This document shows positions 1-9,896 of a DNA stretch of 64,000 nt, piece after piece (position 1 is the first letter of the stretch; every line of letters begins with the position of its first letter). The DNA lies in the IMG/VR virus record IMGVR_UViG_2904560550_000001, positions 57,625-121,624 of that record; one strand, written 5' to 3'. The notes under the pieces were generated by a model. It saw only the letters and a program-made list of their open reading frames with translations, made no database searches and had not been told where the DNA came from. The DNA is from a virus. Lineage: Duplodnaviria; Caudoviricetes. The position numbers were made by a program, and so were the translations under genes.

Positions 1-807
1 AAAGGGATAAACCATAAAAAACTCCATAGTGTACTGTTTATTGAACTGAGATGTAAAAGGTCAATTTTAAAGAATAAAAATAAAGTAACAGAAGAAAAAA
101 AATAAAACGATATGCTGCGGCGACTTATTCCATGCCTTTGCCCAGAAGATTCCCAACGTGAAATAAAACATTTGCGGCAGGAAAGAATGTAAGTATAGGT
201 TACCGATAAGATTCCCAGGCAAGAACTTTAAAGTTACGAAAGAAACCAAAACACTTAAAGCGGAAACAGCAAAAGAACAAAGAATCATTTTCTTAAATCC
301 GAAACGTTTAAATAACCAATAAATAGCTGGTAACACTAAGTAAAAGCTAATTTGAACAGGAATTGTCCAAAGTGAATCGTTAAGGCGACCTGTGCCAATA
401 TGATGGAATATGTCAGGGAAGTATTGAGGGTATAGCACAAGATTGCTCAGAAGCCATATCCAGTAATCTTTTGTAGTGAATACTGTTAATGAAAGAGCTC
501 CTAGAACAATTAACAGTACCGTGGAGGTAATAGCATAGGTGTATATTGCGGGTGCGATCCTGATAATTCGGCTCCAATAAAAATCGGTTATATTGTTTCC
601 TTTAAGCTTGGATCTCTCATAAGAAGTGAAAAGGAAAAATGCGCTTAGAAAAAAGAAGATTGATATACCGGTGTGAAACATTGCTTTACTCTCTGGAGTA
701 TAACCAAAGACAGAAATGTTTAGATCTCTTGTAGCATGACCAACTAACACACATAGAGCAGCAAACAGCCTGATAACAAAGAAACAGTTAGAATGCTTTA
801 CGTTCAT
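1..807 (-). pseudogene. Acyltransferase family 3 membrane protein, frameshifted in an A8 tract at 95-102
   Basis: Motifs IRLFAALCVLVGH, FFFLSAF, RIIRI and SLWTIPV; removing one base from the homopolymer gives a hydrophobic frame open to the window edge. Confidence 0.75.
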
Positions 808-1203
808 TTTAAAGAACCTCTTTCCTATACCGTATGGCGAATAAGCAGTAAGGCTGCCTATAAGCAGTGATGATTATATCATAAAAATGGAAGAAATGTT
901 CTTTAAAATGAATATTTTTGTTCTTTATATAATTTTTTGTGTGGTTTATGATGATATTGATATATATAGACACACATAGATACTCATAGATACATGTATA
1001 TCTTGCTGTATCACGGTGAACACAGATAAAGAAGGAGTTTCATTTCCTAGGCTAAGTACCGATATAAATCATGGAAAAGAAGCAGGAAGGAAAATACAGA
1101 AAATTATGAGGTAGGTTTGGAGATGTGAATATTTTAATTTTACCCAGGAGGAGATCTTATTAAATTTATGGCTGAAAAATAAGAATAAATATAAAATAAA
1201 TTA

Positions 1204-1232
1204 TTGACTATTTTAAGTAGTCGTTGTATACT
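1204..1232 (+). promoter_or_regulatory. sigmaA promoter
   Basis: TTGACT-17bp-TATACT with extended TG, preceded by a variant of the AGAATAAAAATAAAAT repeat. Confidence 0.75.
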
Positions 1233-1262
1233 TAATTTACAAGATGAAAATAAAATTATCGA

Positions 1263-1550
1263 ATGGGAGAGGTCAACATGACAAAATATAAACTTTTCTA
1301 TGGCGTGGGCGGTTCAATAAACGATATCACAAGAGATGAAGAAGCTTTTGATTTTGATAGTTATGACGAGGCTATTAATATTGCTAGGCAGCAAGCCTTT
1401 GAAGCGTTTGAAGATTACGAAGTGATTTGTAGAGTATTAAGTGTTGAAGAAAGAATGCAACAAGAAGGTTTAACAGAAGAAGAGGCCATTGCTGAGTACG
1501 AAGAAGATGTCGAATCTTTTATTGAATATGGCGCAGAAGAAGTAAAATAA
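1263..1550 (+). CDS. Acidic hypothetical phage protein (true start probably ATG 1278)
   Basis: ORF with GGGAGAGG RBS; very D/E-rich. Confidence 0.75.
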   Translation: MGEVNMTKYKLFYGVGGSINDITRDEEAFDFDSYDEAINIARQQAFEAFEDYEVICRVLSVEERMQQEGLTEEEAIAEYEEDVESFIEYGAEEVK

Positions 1551-1629
1551 AAAGTCTCTGTGATGACATCCTATTATAGACCACCCCCTTTTTTAAATGT
1601 AGTATAATTTGGAAGAAGGGGGTGGGGAA

Positions 1630-2067
1630 ATGAAAAAGTTAGGTTTGAGCATTGCTGCTGTGTCTTTAACTTGGTGTTTGAGTAGCGGAAGTACTTTGGC
1701 CAAGATTACAAAAGATGAACATAAGGTCAGCTTTAAAATGACTGAGAATGAAACGGGCTTTTTTATGGCTGATGACACCAATCTCGAGTATTGGCCAACT
1801 AAGTTGGGATACAGGTTCACCATTTACAATGCTGAAGGTTGTACATTAAATTTTAAACTCCAAAGAATTACACTGGCAGGTTATGATTTTACTCTAAGTG
1901 AAAAGAATTTCACGGGAAATCATTTGAACTTGAGCGCAGAGGATAAGGTGAATGGTGATGCAAACAGGAATCATTACTTAAGTATCACAAAAGGAACCGG
2001 CTGCGGTGACGTCTGGATTAAAGGCTTTTATGGATTCGAACATGATGAGCCGGATGATGATTGGTAA
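1630..2067 (+). CDS. Secreted hypothetical protein
   Basis: MKK plus hydrophobic signal peptide ending TLA; G-rich RBS; hairpin at about 2079-2105. Confidence 0.75.
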   Translation: MKKLGLSIAAVSLTWCLSSGSTLAKITKDEHKVSFKMTENETGFFMADDTNLEYWPTKLGYRFTIYNAEGCTLNFKLQRITLAGYDFTLSEKNFTGNHLNLSAEDKVNGDANRNHYLSITKGTGCGDVWIKGFYGFEHDEPDDDW

Positions 2068-2127
2068 GTTTAATACATAGTCAAGGTATATCCTTGACCT
2101 TTTTTATGGATATAATGATAATTTAAA

Positions 2128-2394
2128 GTGATCATACATAATGAATGTGGGGTAGTTAAATTGATTAAATCAAATTTAAAGCCGATATTAGACGAAAGGA
2201 ATATCAGTATTCGAAAGCTGTCCAATGATATTGACCATGGTTTTAACACAGTTAGAAAGCTTTATCATGATGAAATGGAGCGGTATCCAAGAGACCTCTT
2301 AGATAAAGTCTGTTCCTATTTAGATATTGAGCTACATGAGCTGTTGATTTATAAAAAAGATGAAAAAGATATTGATCACTTAAAGTGGTCATGA
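2128..2394 (+). CDS. XRE/Cro-like HTH regulator
   Basis: [16 protein letters not shown]...[16 protein letters not shown] pattern. Confidence 0.8.
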   Translation: MIIHNECGVVKLIKSNLKPILDERNISIRKLSNDIDHGFNTVRKLYHDEMERYPRDLLDKVCSYLDIELHELLIYKKDEKDIDHLKWS

Positions 2395-2479
2395 TATACT
2401 AAAGTTACAAAAAAAGTAAGGAAATAAAATTTCCAGATGTAATTTAAAGCGCACATTACAATAAAAGGAGAGAGAATAT

Positions 2480-2671
2480 ATGAAAGATTATTCAGTGAAA
2501 TTTTACGATCAGGACTATATGCTATTATCTGAAATAATTAAAGCCGAAAGTTTAGAAGACCTAAAAATGAGCGCGGATAGCAAAGCGAAAACCTTGATGG
2601 AAGAGAATGGAGTTAATGAGATCACTTGGACAGCAAGTGACGTTGTACTTGAAGGAAAGGTTATAGAGTAG
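2480..2671 (+). CDS. Hypothetical phage protein
   Basis: AAAGGAG RBS; TTGATC-17-TATACT promoter at about 2372-2400. Confidence 0.7.
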   Translation: MKDYSVKFYDQDYMLLSEIIKAESLEDLKMSADSKAKTLMEENGVNEITWTASDVVLEGKVIE

Positions 2672-2702
2672 GAACACAAACTTAATTAGAGGAGGAAAGG
2701 CA

Positions 2703-3080
2703 ATGATAAAACAAGAAGAAATCATCTTAATGGAAGCACTTCTAAGAGATGTAAGAGGTAACTGGTCAGATGAAATTATATCCAGGTTGACAGAGGCAAA
2801 CCGGATTGCCAAGAGTCACAATTTTGAAGCAATAGAGAAAAAAACTCGTGGAATTATAGACGCAGAAATGACAGGAAACAATAAGAATTTTGACGGGAGA
2901 TGTTTTAGATCAGACTACAAATCAGGCGGTTATGAAGGCTTGAGCGAATTTTATGGTGGAGATGGCAATTTTAAATTGAAAGCCAGATCAAAAGAATTTT
3001 TGCAAAAAGTGGACGAGCTGATGACAAATGACTGGCTTATCTTTCCGGATTTTGACGAATACAATCAATGCAATGTTTAA
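2703..3080 (+). CDS. Hypothetical phage protein
   Basis: ORF with GAGGAGG RBS. Confidence 0.75.
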   Translation: MIKQEEIILMEALLRDVRGNWSDEIISRLTEANRIAKSHNFEAIEKKTRGIIDAEMTGNNKNFDGRCFRSDYKSGGYEGLSEFYGGDGNFKLKARSKEFLQKVDELMTNDWLIFPDFDEYNQCNV

Positions 3081-3117
3081 ATAAAATCGTACTTTCATAG
3101 GGAAAAGAGGAAAAGAA

Positions 3118-3432
3118 ATGTTGCCAACTTCTTTAAAAGCAAAAGTTCAGCGAATTTTATTAAAAGGTAGCTTTAAAAAATCTGAGAGCTCTAAAAGCGG
3201 AGTAAAAGGACTAAGCAATATTTCTGCGGGTTTTACTTTTGCCAAGACGTTTGACGACGATTACTGCCTCTATTATACAGCTGGTAATATGGCCTTCCGG
3301 GGAATGCCCAACGAAGAAAAGGATAATCAAACAGAAAAAATGTATCAGTTCTTATTGGATCAGGGCCTTCAAAAAAACATTGAACTGATAGAGTTTAGAA
3401 ATCAAAAAGCAATTTTGTTGAAAGTGGAGTAA
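3118..3432 (+). CDS. Hypothetical phage protein
   Basis: ORF with RBS, flanked by junction palindromes. Confidence 0.7.
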   Translation: MLPTSLKAKVQRILLKGSFKKSESSKSGVKGLSNISAGFTFAKTFDDDYCLYYTAGNMAFRGMPNEEKDNQTEKMYQFLLDQGLQKNIELIEFRNQKAILLKVE

Positions 3433-3496
3433 TTTCGCAGCACTTTGAGAAACAGCATAAAATCATTCTTTTATAAAAATAGAAAGGGTTAAATTT

Positions 3497-4042
3497 ATGA
3501 ACTATAAAGGCAATATAAATACTGATTTCTTATTGGCATTAAATGAATGTATTAACTTTCTTCCAGATGATCACAACAACTTAAATTGGACTATTGTGTT
3601 TTATGATCTACAGAACTTCATTAAGGATCATAAAGATAATAAAGTGTATCCAATAGAACACTTTAATAAAATACTAGATATAAATTCACCTGCTTCAGGA
3701 TCTACAGTGAGTCAAATTAAACAAATCCATCTGTTCCTGTTTAAATATGAATTTAATCAAGGTGAATTAATTAAGTTAATCGGAAACATTTATCATGAAA
3801 TAAGACATGCATGGCAATACTCCAATAATATTTATGAAATTGAAAACGAAATCTCTCCTCACGAGGATTTTGAAGCTTATATTAAACAGCCTTGGGAATT
3901 AGATGCATATAAGTTTCAGTTGAAATATATGAGAGAACATTATAACAAGATCTTAGAAATTTTTAATCTGAAAGACTATGTTGTCCCTGTTTACAATTTT
4001 CACGAAAATATAATGAAATTAATTGACGAGGAAATAATCTAA
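3497..4042 (+). CDS. Zincin-like metallopeptidase domain protein
   Basis: HEIRH (HExxH) and downstream PWELDA. Confidence 0.7.
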   Translation: MNYKGNINTDFLLALNECINFLPDDHNNLNWTIVFYDLQNFIKDHKDNKVYPIEHFNKILDINSPASGSTVSQIKQIHLFLFKYEFNQGELIKLIGNIYHEIRHAWQYSNNIYEIENEISPHEDFEAYIKQPWELDAYKFQLKYMREHYNKILEIFNLKDYVVPVYNFHENIMKLIDEEII

Positions 4043-4060
4043 CTGAAAAAGAGCATTAAA

Positions 4061-4243
4061 CTAAATGCTCTTCTTCATACCACATCTACGACACTCACGT
4101 AAAAACACACCACTTTTCACTGAACTCTTGAATAAAGTGTAATCGCAGTTGTCACAGCGACCATATTTAACATCGGGATGCTCCTTATAATCATACACAA
4201 CTGTTACATCGTAGCCGTTAGTCTCTAAATCTTTCTCTTCCAT
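4061..4243 (-). CDS. Small zinc-ribbon protein
   Basis: CDNC...CRRC; AGGTG RBS. Confidence 0.7.
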   Translation of the reverse strand: MEEKDLETNGYDVTVVYDYKEHPDVKYGRCDNCDYTLFKSSVKSGVFLRECRRCGMKKSI

Positions 4244-4313
4244 TAAATTTCACCTACACAAAGTATTTAACACTACTATAATACCAGACGATGTATATAA
4301 GGAGGGTTTTAAT

Positions 4314-4565
4314 TTGATTGGAATAGCATATTTCTTAATACTCTGGCTGGGTGTTGGCTTTCTAACGGGATTTAAGGCCTTATTTGTTGATCAGGTTTAT
4401 GATGAAGAGTTTAAGCAGGAATTGATTGATTCATTTTCACCAGGTATGGAGCAGAATATGATTGAACTGTTCTTTAAGAATAAAATAAATATCATGGTGT
4501 TTTACATATTAATTGGATTGCTGCCACTGACCATAAAAATTGCTGGTCTGCTGAAGAGGCGTTAG
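4314..4565 (+). CDS. yopE: YopE-like membrane protein
   Basis: Two hydrophobic segments; recalled similarity and synteny. Confidence 0.75.
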   Translation: MIGIAYFLILWLGVGFLTGFKALFVDQVYDEEFKQELIDSFSPGMEQNMIELFFKNKINIMVFYILIGLLPLTIKIAGLLKRR

Positions 4566-4567
4566 CT

Positions 4568-4783
4568 ATGCCGGTTATCGATACCTTTTTTGTTATTCAA
4601 TTTGAAAATGATGATTACTTCAAGTCATTTAAATTAGATGGAAGTGGTTATAAGACATCTAAGGGGCTTCATGGAGCTTCTAAATTCACTACAATGTCAG
4701 AAGCTTTAGCGATCGCAAATGAGCTGCATACGGAGTTTAAAGCCACTTCTGCCATAAGACAAATTGAAGTTATTACTAGGTGA
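4568..4783 (+). CDS. yopF: YopF-like protein
   Basis: Recalled similarity and synteny. Confidence 0.7.
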   Translation: MPVIDTFFVIQFENDDYFKSFKLDGSGYKTSKGLHGASKFTTMSEALAIANELHTEFKATSAIRQIEVITR

Positions 4784-4794
4784 GGAGTGTTCAG

Positions 4795-4926
4795 GTGTAC
4801 TGGATTGAATGGATTGAGGATGGGGAGAAGAAAAGTATTGTTGCGGATGGCTGGGTTGAATGGGCCACAATCCTTGAAGACCTTTATCAACAGAGATTTG
4901 AGTATGTTGATTGGAAACAGCTTTAA
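4795..4926 (+). CDS. yopG: YopG-like 43-aa protein (not in ORF track)
   Basis: GTG start after GAGGAG; MYWIEWIEDGEKKSIVADGWVEW... Confidence 0.7.
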   Translation: MYWIEWIEDGEKKSIVADGWVEWATILEDLYQQRFEYVDWKQL

Positions 4927-5144
4927 ATAAATAGTGAGATCATGAAATAATCATCTTATAGACGTATTGAAAAGTTTATGGATTTACTTAATTGGGCCTA
5001 GATTGGTGAATAGTAAAACAGGTCATATAAAATATATAGTAAGGTAAAGTATGTGCTCGAGATCAAGAATTTTGCTGAGGAAATTACCCCCTATTTAAAG
5101 AGATCGCTTATGGCCCTGTAATTTTTTATACAAGAACTTTTAGG

Positions 5145-6923
5145 ATGGAGAGCTTAATGACAAATTTTATTGATGAATTAAAACTAACAGAATCAAATAT
5201 TGAAGAATTTAAATGGGATCTCTCAGCCCCTTTTTTTAAATTGAAGTCAAAATTAGAAGAACAGGATGTGGATAGAAAAAGCATAGCTGATATAGAAAAG
5301 GACATATTGGTATTAGACCTAGAAACAGACCGGGAAACCAAAGGATTTTTTACGCATAGGTATGTCATTACAGAAGAACAAGGGGGACATAATGTATACC
5401 CTAATATTGAAGAACAATTTACAGAAGAAATTAAAACATATTTGATAAGACGAACAATGGAAGTAAGAAACCCCATATTAAAAGCTAGATATAATGATGT
5501 CCTATGGTCAATTTATAAAAGTTTTCCTAACACAAAAGATGCAATAGAAGGATATTTAGAGTGTTCACGGATTTTTTATGATAAAGAATGGATCTGGCAA
5601 ATTTCGAAGACAATCGATAGAGCATTGCAAATTGCAATCGGTATAAAGGACAGCGAAAAAGTATTATTGGTTATCGAGGTATATAAAGATATTTTAACAA
5701 GGGCACATGAAGAAAATAAGTTAATAATATGTATTGACTTAGCTAATTCATTGATGAATTATCATAAGGCATTAAAAAATTATGGTTTTAATTTCGTCGA
5801 ATGTGTAATTCCTTTTTTATTGGTTAGTGAGGATCATTCCGCAGATAAAAGTGAATTTGAATTGAAAAGAAAAGCACTAAGTGTAATTGTTTCAATTTAT
5901 AATGCTGAAAAGAATAGAGAATTGGAAGAAGAGCATTTAATTGAAATAGCAAAATCATATGAGAGTGAGGGTGATTGGAATTCAGTATATGAGGAAAACT
6001 ATATTATCGCAAGTGAAAATTATGAAGAGAGTATGAATATACTCTTACATTTAGGAAACCAAAAAACTAAGGTAGATGCATTAAAAGTTAAGATACAGGA
6101 AAGCAATAAAAAGGGTATCTCGAATTTTCTGAAATTTGAACAGGAAATTAAAATCCCTACAGCAGTTCTTGAACCGTACTTTAAAATTTATAATGAGATT
6201 TCTGATTCAGAAACATTCTTAGCTAACTTGAGTATTGATTCAAATTTATTGCCTGATTGGCAAAAAAGCATAGAGTTTGCACGATCTATGGAAAATGAAA
6301 ACCCCCTCTTGCATTTAATGCCAAAAAAAATTTTCAGTGGAAATATTGCGATTAAAGAAGTAAAGAGTGATCAAGAAAAGCTCAACTATGAAGCAATTAG
6401 GAGTTTTACCTTAAGATATCAAACAAGTGCTAATATTTTCATAATAAAACTTTTCGAAATTTTCAAGTGTAAATTTCAATACCCGGATAAAGAAATTATT
6501 GACTTTCTTTATCAGAGTGAATTAATTGAAAAAAGAATACCTATTATTGGTCTCGGAATTAAAAGATATTTTGAAGAAGACTATATTGGCGCGTGCCATT
6601 TGCTTATATTTCAAATAGAAGGCATTCTAAGAGAAATGTTAGGGTTATTAAAGTTGCCTACGTTTTCATATAGAAACAACGAAATGAAAGAACGGATGCT
6701 TAGCGATTGCTTAGATACTTTGAAAAATAAAGGAATAGAAAAGAATTTCATAAAATTCCTCCAAATTTTTCTTTGTGAAAATATCGGTGATAATTTGCGA
6801 AATGAATTTGCTCATGGCATTGCAGATATTGCTAAAATGAACCAAGTCAATGCTTCTTTATTATTATTGACATACCTAAAGCTTTCACAATATAGGTTGA
6901 CAGAAGTTAAACCCATGGAGTGA
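5145..6923 (+). CDS. Helical-repeat protein with C-terminal HEPN-like (DUF4209-type) domain
   Basis: LLIFQIEGILRE and NLRNEFAHG (Rx4H) motifs. Confidence 0.7.
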   Translation: MESLMTNFIDELKLTESNIEEFKWDLSAPFFKLKSKLEEQDVDRKSIADIEKDILVLDLETDRETKGFFTHRYVITEEQGGHNVYPNIEEQFTEEIKTYLIRRTMEVRNPILKARYNDVLWSIYKSFPNTKDAIEGYLECSRIFYDKEWIWQISKTIDRALQIAIGIKDSEKVLLVIEVYKDILTRAHEENKLIICIDLANSLMNYHKALKNYGFNFVECVIPFLLVSEDHSADKSEFELKRKALSVIVSIYNAEKNRELEEEHLIEIAKSYESEGDWNSVYEENYIIASENYEESMNILLHLGNQKTKVDALKVKIQESNKKGISNFLKFEQEIKIPTAVLEPYFKIYNEISDSETFLANLSIDSNLLPDWQKSIEFARSMENENPLLHLMPKKIFSGNIAIKEVKSDQEKLNYEAIRSFTLRYQTSANIFIIKLFEIFKCKFQYPDKEIIDFLYQSELIEKRIPIIGLGIKRYFEEDYIGACHLLIFQIEGILREMLGLLKLPTFSYRNNEMKERMLSDCLDTLKNKGIEKNFIKFLQIFLCENIGDNLRNEFAHGIADIAKMNQVNASLLLLTYLKLSQYRLTEVKPME

Positions 6924-7516
6924 GATATGTGGAAGATTTCTTTAATTTTAAATTAAAAATAAATGCTAAACCAAGTATGTTTCACGGCAAGACAATTAGA
7001 AAGAATCTAACCGATACTCTTTGGCGTGAAAAAATAAGAGTTGCAATACTTGAGAGAAAAAATTATAGCTGTATGATTTGTAATTACATGCCCCCTAAGT
7101 GATTTAAGCAGACTTCATGTACATGAAGTAGAAGAATATGATTCTGAAAACATAGATCTAAACTTGATATGCGTAAACTGCCATTCTTTTCATCACTTCA
7201 AACGATCTCAATTGGTTCTAACTAAAGATCAATTAGCTAATCTAGCCAAACATTTTTGTAATGTGAACAATTGTACGATGGAGGATTATGAACAGTATAA
7301 GCAATTCCTAAAAGAAAAACGTTTAAAAGAGATGAAGGAAGTAATCAATCGAGAATTGCAACTTAAAAAGCCGTTAGGGAAAAGCGCAACACTGAAATAA
7401 AGTTTGCTATCTTAGGTGATATACCTTATAAAGATTTAGTTATTGAGCGCTTAAAGAAAAAAAGCGTATATTACGAGTACGACAATTTACAAAATAAAGA
7501 CAAGGGTTTATCCTAA
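6920..7516 (+). pseudogene. HNH endonuclease with two frameshifts
   Basis: CMIC, then a shift to LHVHEV...LICVNCHSFHH; second shift near 7395 continues KFAILGDIPY. Confidence 0.7.
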
Positions 7517-7531
7517 AAACCTTGTCTTTAT
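7494..7531 (+). terminator. Inverted repeat or terminator
   Basis: ATAAAGACAAGG...CCTTGTCTTTAT. Confidence 0.6.
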
Positions 7532-7597
7532 AAAATACGAATTTTAATCAGATAAGGATCCTTCAAAAAATAATTAGAATAAAAATAAAATAAATAC

Positions 7598-7626
7598 TTG
7601 TAATTCTGACAACTCTAATGTATATT
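7598..7626 (+). promoter_or_regulatory. aimR promoter
   Basis: TTGTAA-17bp-TATATT with extended TG, just downstream of a repeat copy. Confidence 0.65.
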
Positions 7627-7667
7627 ATAAACAAGGGAACATTAGTTGGGAAGGGGTGGAGTAACCA

Positions 7668-8807
7668 ATGAATCTTAAGCAGAAGATTAAGAATGAATGT
7701 GAAAAAGACAACCAGCTCGCAGCGAAACTCTCAAAAATAGCAGGGTACGAAAAGGTTAATGGTTTTTACAAATTCATCAACACCCCAGAGAAAGAAATGG
7801 ACAACTTAGGCGGTTTAATTAAGATTGTTAAAAACTTGTTTCCTGATAATGAAGAGCAGCTTCTAAGTGATTACTTCTTAACATTGGATCCCAACAAAAA
7901 ATGTGCTAGACAATCTGTTGAATACTCTGATATAAATCAATGGGATTCATTAACTGACAAGATTATTTTAAATTTAAGTAACTCAAAAAACACAACAAGT
8001 CAAGAATGGGGCAACATCTACAACATACATAGAAAGCTATATAAAAACCAAATCTCAATACCAGAAGCAATAAGAGAGTGTGGAAGATGTAAAGCTCCAG
8101 AAATGTCATTTTTCTCAGATGCAATGCTAATGTACAAATACTTGAATATTGGTGAGTTTGGATTGATGAAAAGCACTTTAACACTTTTAGATTTTAGAAG
8201 CTTGCCAGAAGGATTTATAAAGGATTCGTACAAAAGTAGAGTGTCAATGTTACAAGCGAATATAAGCTTAAATGAAAATAATTTAATCGAAGCAAGAAAA
8301 CATTCAAATATTGCAATAATGCAGTCCAATGTGAACCGAATATGTTTCTTTGCGCATCTGACAATAGGGAACACCCTAATTTTTGAAAACTATGAAGAAG
8401 CTATGCTAGCGTATGTTGAGGCAAAGAAGTATGTTCTTAATGATATTCATAAAGAAATGCTAAATGGTGCTCTTTGCTTCTTGGCTAACGTATGGAACAA
8501 GGAAAATTTATGGGTTAACTATGAATCGAATGATATCAAATATCAGCAGCTTAGGGCTTTTTATTACATAAAAAATAATAATCTCGACAAGGCAAACGAA
8601 TTATTGGAAAGCTTATCAAATAGGGATCAAGATGAAAATGAATTAGGATTTTATTTTTATTATAAAGGTTTGATATCAAAACAAAAATCTGATTTTTATA
8701 AATCAATAACATATTTCAAAAAATCAGATGATAAATATTTTATCCAATTGACAATAATGGAGCTCGAAAAATTAGGCTGTGATCCGGAGCTGCTAAATTT
8801 AATTTAG
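7668..8807 (+). CDS. aimR: Arbitrium receptor AimR (RRNPP family)
   Basis: 379 aa, N-terminal HTH plus TPR-like helices, followed by aimP and aimX. Confidence 0.95.
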   Translation: MNLKQKIKNECEKDNQLAAKLSKIAGYEKVNGFYKFINTPEKEMDNLGGLIKIVKNLFPDNEEQLLSDYFLTLDPNKKCARQSVEYSDINQWDSLTDKIILNLSNSKNTTSQEWGNIYNIHRKLYKNQISIPEAIRECGRCKAPEMSFFSDAMLMYKYLNIGEFGLMKSTLTLLDFRSLPEGFIKDSYKSRVSMLQANISLNENNLIEARKHSNIAIMQSNVNRICFFAHLTIGNTLIFENYEEAMLAYVEAKKYVLNDIHKEMLNGALCFLANVWNKENLWVNYESNDIKYQQLRAFYYIKNNNLDKANELLESLSNRDQDENELGFYFYYKGLISKQKSDFYKSITYFKKSDDKYFIQLTIMELEKLGCDPELLNLI

Positions 8808-8836
8808 AATTTAACACTTGAAAGGAGGTGAATTTA

Positions 8837-8968
8837 ATGAAGAAATTTATTTTCGGCACAGCCATTTTAGCAGCTTTAGCAATTTCATTCATTGCAGGTC
8901 AACATTCAGTTAATACGGCATCAGCTTCTGATGAGATCTCTGTAGCAAGTGCAATTCGGGGAGCTTAA
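8837..8968 (+). CDS. aimP: Arbitrium pro-peptide AimP, mature peptide SAIRGA
   Basis: AAAGGAGGTG RBS; MKKFIFGTAILAALAISFIAGQHSVNTASASDEISVASAIRGA. Confidence 0.97.
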   Translation: MKKFIFGTAILAALAISFIAGQHSVNTASASDEISVASAIRGA

Positions 8969-9000
8969 TACTACAACAGGATACTACATAATCAATGGTT

Positions 9001-9033
9001 AGACGTTTGATCCAGTGGATCAGGCGTCTTTTC
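9001..9033 (+). terminator. Terminator between aimP and aimX
   Basis: AGACGTTTGATCC-AGT-GGATCAGGCGTCT followed by a T tract. Confidence 0.85.
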
Positions 9034-9046
9034 TAATTTTAAGAGA

Positions 9047-9083
9047 ATGTTCCAGAAATTCATAATATAAAAAACAAGAACAT
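9047..9083. promoter_or_regulatory. AimR operator
   Basis: ATGTTC-25bp-GAACAT, the 6-bp inverted repeat with 25-bp spacer known for AimR sites. Confidence 0.85.
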
Positions 9084-9095
9084 GGGGGAATTAAA

Positions 9096-9251
9096 ATGAA
9101 AAAGCATTTCGGACAAGCACTTTCTTATGAGGATATGGCCAAAGGTTACGAAGAAATGGCAGCTATTAATCTTGTAATTTCCCAGGAAGACAATCATCTT
9201 GAAAATGAAGCAGAAATGGTTAGATCAAAATATAAAGCAAAGGTATCCTAA
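9096..9251 (+). CDS. aimX: AimX, 51 aa, mimic of the MazE C-terminus
   Basis: MKKHFGQALSYEDMAKGYEEMAAINLVISQEDNHLENEAEMVRSKYKAKVS. Confidence 0.92.
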   Translation: MKKHFGQALSYEDMAKGYEEMAAINLVISQEDNHLENEAEMVRSKYKAKVS

Positions 9252-9335
9252 TGAAGATTAAAGACAAATCAGCAGACATTTTAACACATACATAGGGGAT
9301 GTGTTATTTGTCGTGAATAAAAATAAAATAAATCA

Positions 9336-9364
9336 TTGCATATTATTATGGTAACATATATAAT
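9336..9364 (+). promoter_or_regulatory. sro operon promoter
   Basis: TTGCAT-17bp-TATAAT after a repeat copy. Confidence 0.75.
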
Positions 9365-9400
9365 GAAGTTACAAGATGAACGTTGTTGGGAGATGAAACA

Positions 9401-9613
9401 ATGGAAACTACCAGTGCCACTCAAAAAGAAGAGTTGAAGATTACATCATTAAGACAATATCAATACATAAAACAACTAAAGAACTTCACACGAGTCAATC
9501 TCCACCTAGAGGATCCAGATGTGTTTACACCTAATAATGTAACTACAATGAGAAAAAATCATAAAGAATATAACCTCATTAAAGAACAAAAGAATTCTAT
9601 AAAATGCATTTAA
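9401..9613 (+). CDS. First gene of sro operon (SroA position)
   Basis: GGGAG RBS; synteny. Confidence 0.65.
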   Translation: METTSATQKEELKITSLRQYQYIKQLKNFTRVNLHLEDPDVFTPNNVTTMRKNHKEYNLIKEQKNSIKCI

Positions 9614-9627
9614 GGAGTAAAATTAAA

Positions 9628-9858
9628 ATGAATAATAAATATTACACAGAAGAAAACAAGGCTAAAGTTTGGAAAAAGCATATGATCGTTTTAAAATTTC
9701 TAGAGCAGCCTGAGATAGCAGTTGCTTATAATGAGTTCTTACGAAGAGAAGCAACAAGTGATGAATGGGTTGGGTTCGAAGAGGAGCTTTATGAGGAATT
9801 GACGGGGATGCCAATTATAAACGTCTGTAAGGACGAGAGGGTAAATGTCCTAAACTGA
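9628..9858 (+). CDS. phi3T_93/SroB-like protein
   Basis: AAGGAG RBS; MNNKYYTEENKAKVWKKH recalled from phi3T; synteny. Confidence 0.65.
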   Translation: MNNKYYTEENKAKVWKKHMIVLKFLEQPEIAVAYNEFLRREATSDEWVGFEEELYEELTGMPIINVCKDERVNVLN

Positions 9859-9896
9859 ATTTTATTATAGGATAAAAATAAATTAGGTGTGATAAA

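Noticed and set aside
896-932. Second AimR operator starting ATGTTC
   Set aside because: No GAACAT half-site 25 bp downstream.
9850-9865. Degenerate palindrome CTAAA-ctgaat-TTTAT in the sro operon
   Set aside because: Both arms mismatch the consensus, so it cannot be told from A/T-rich background.
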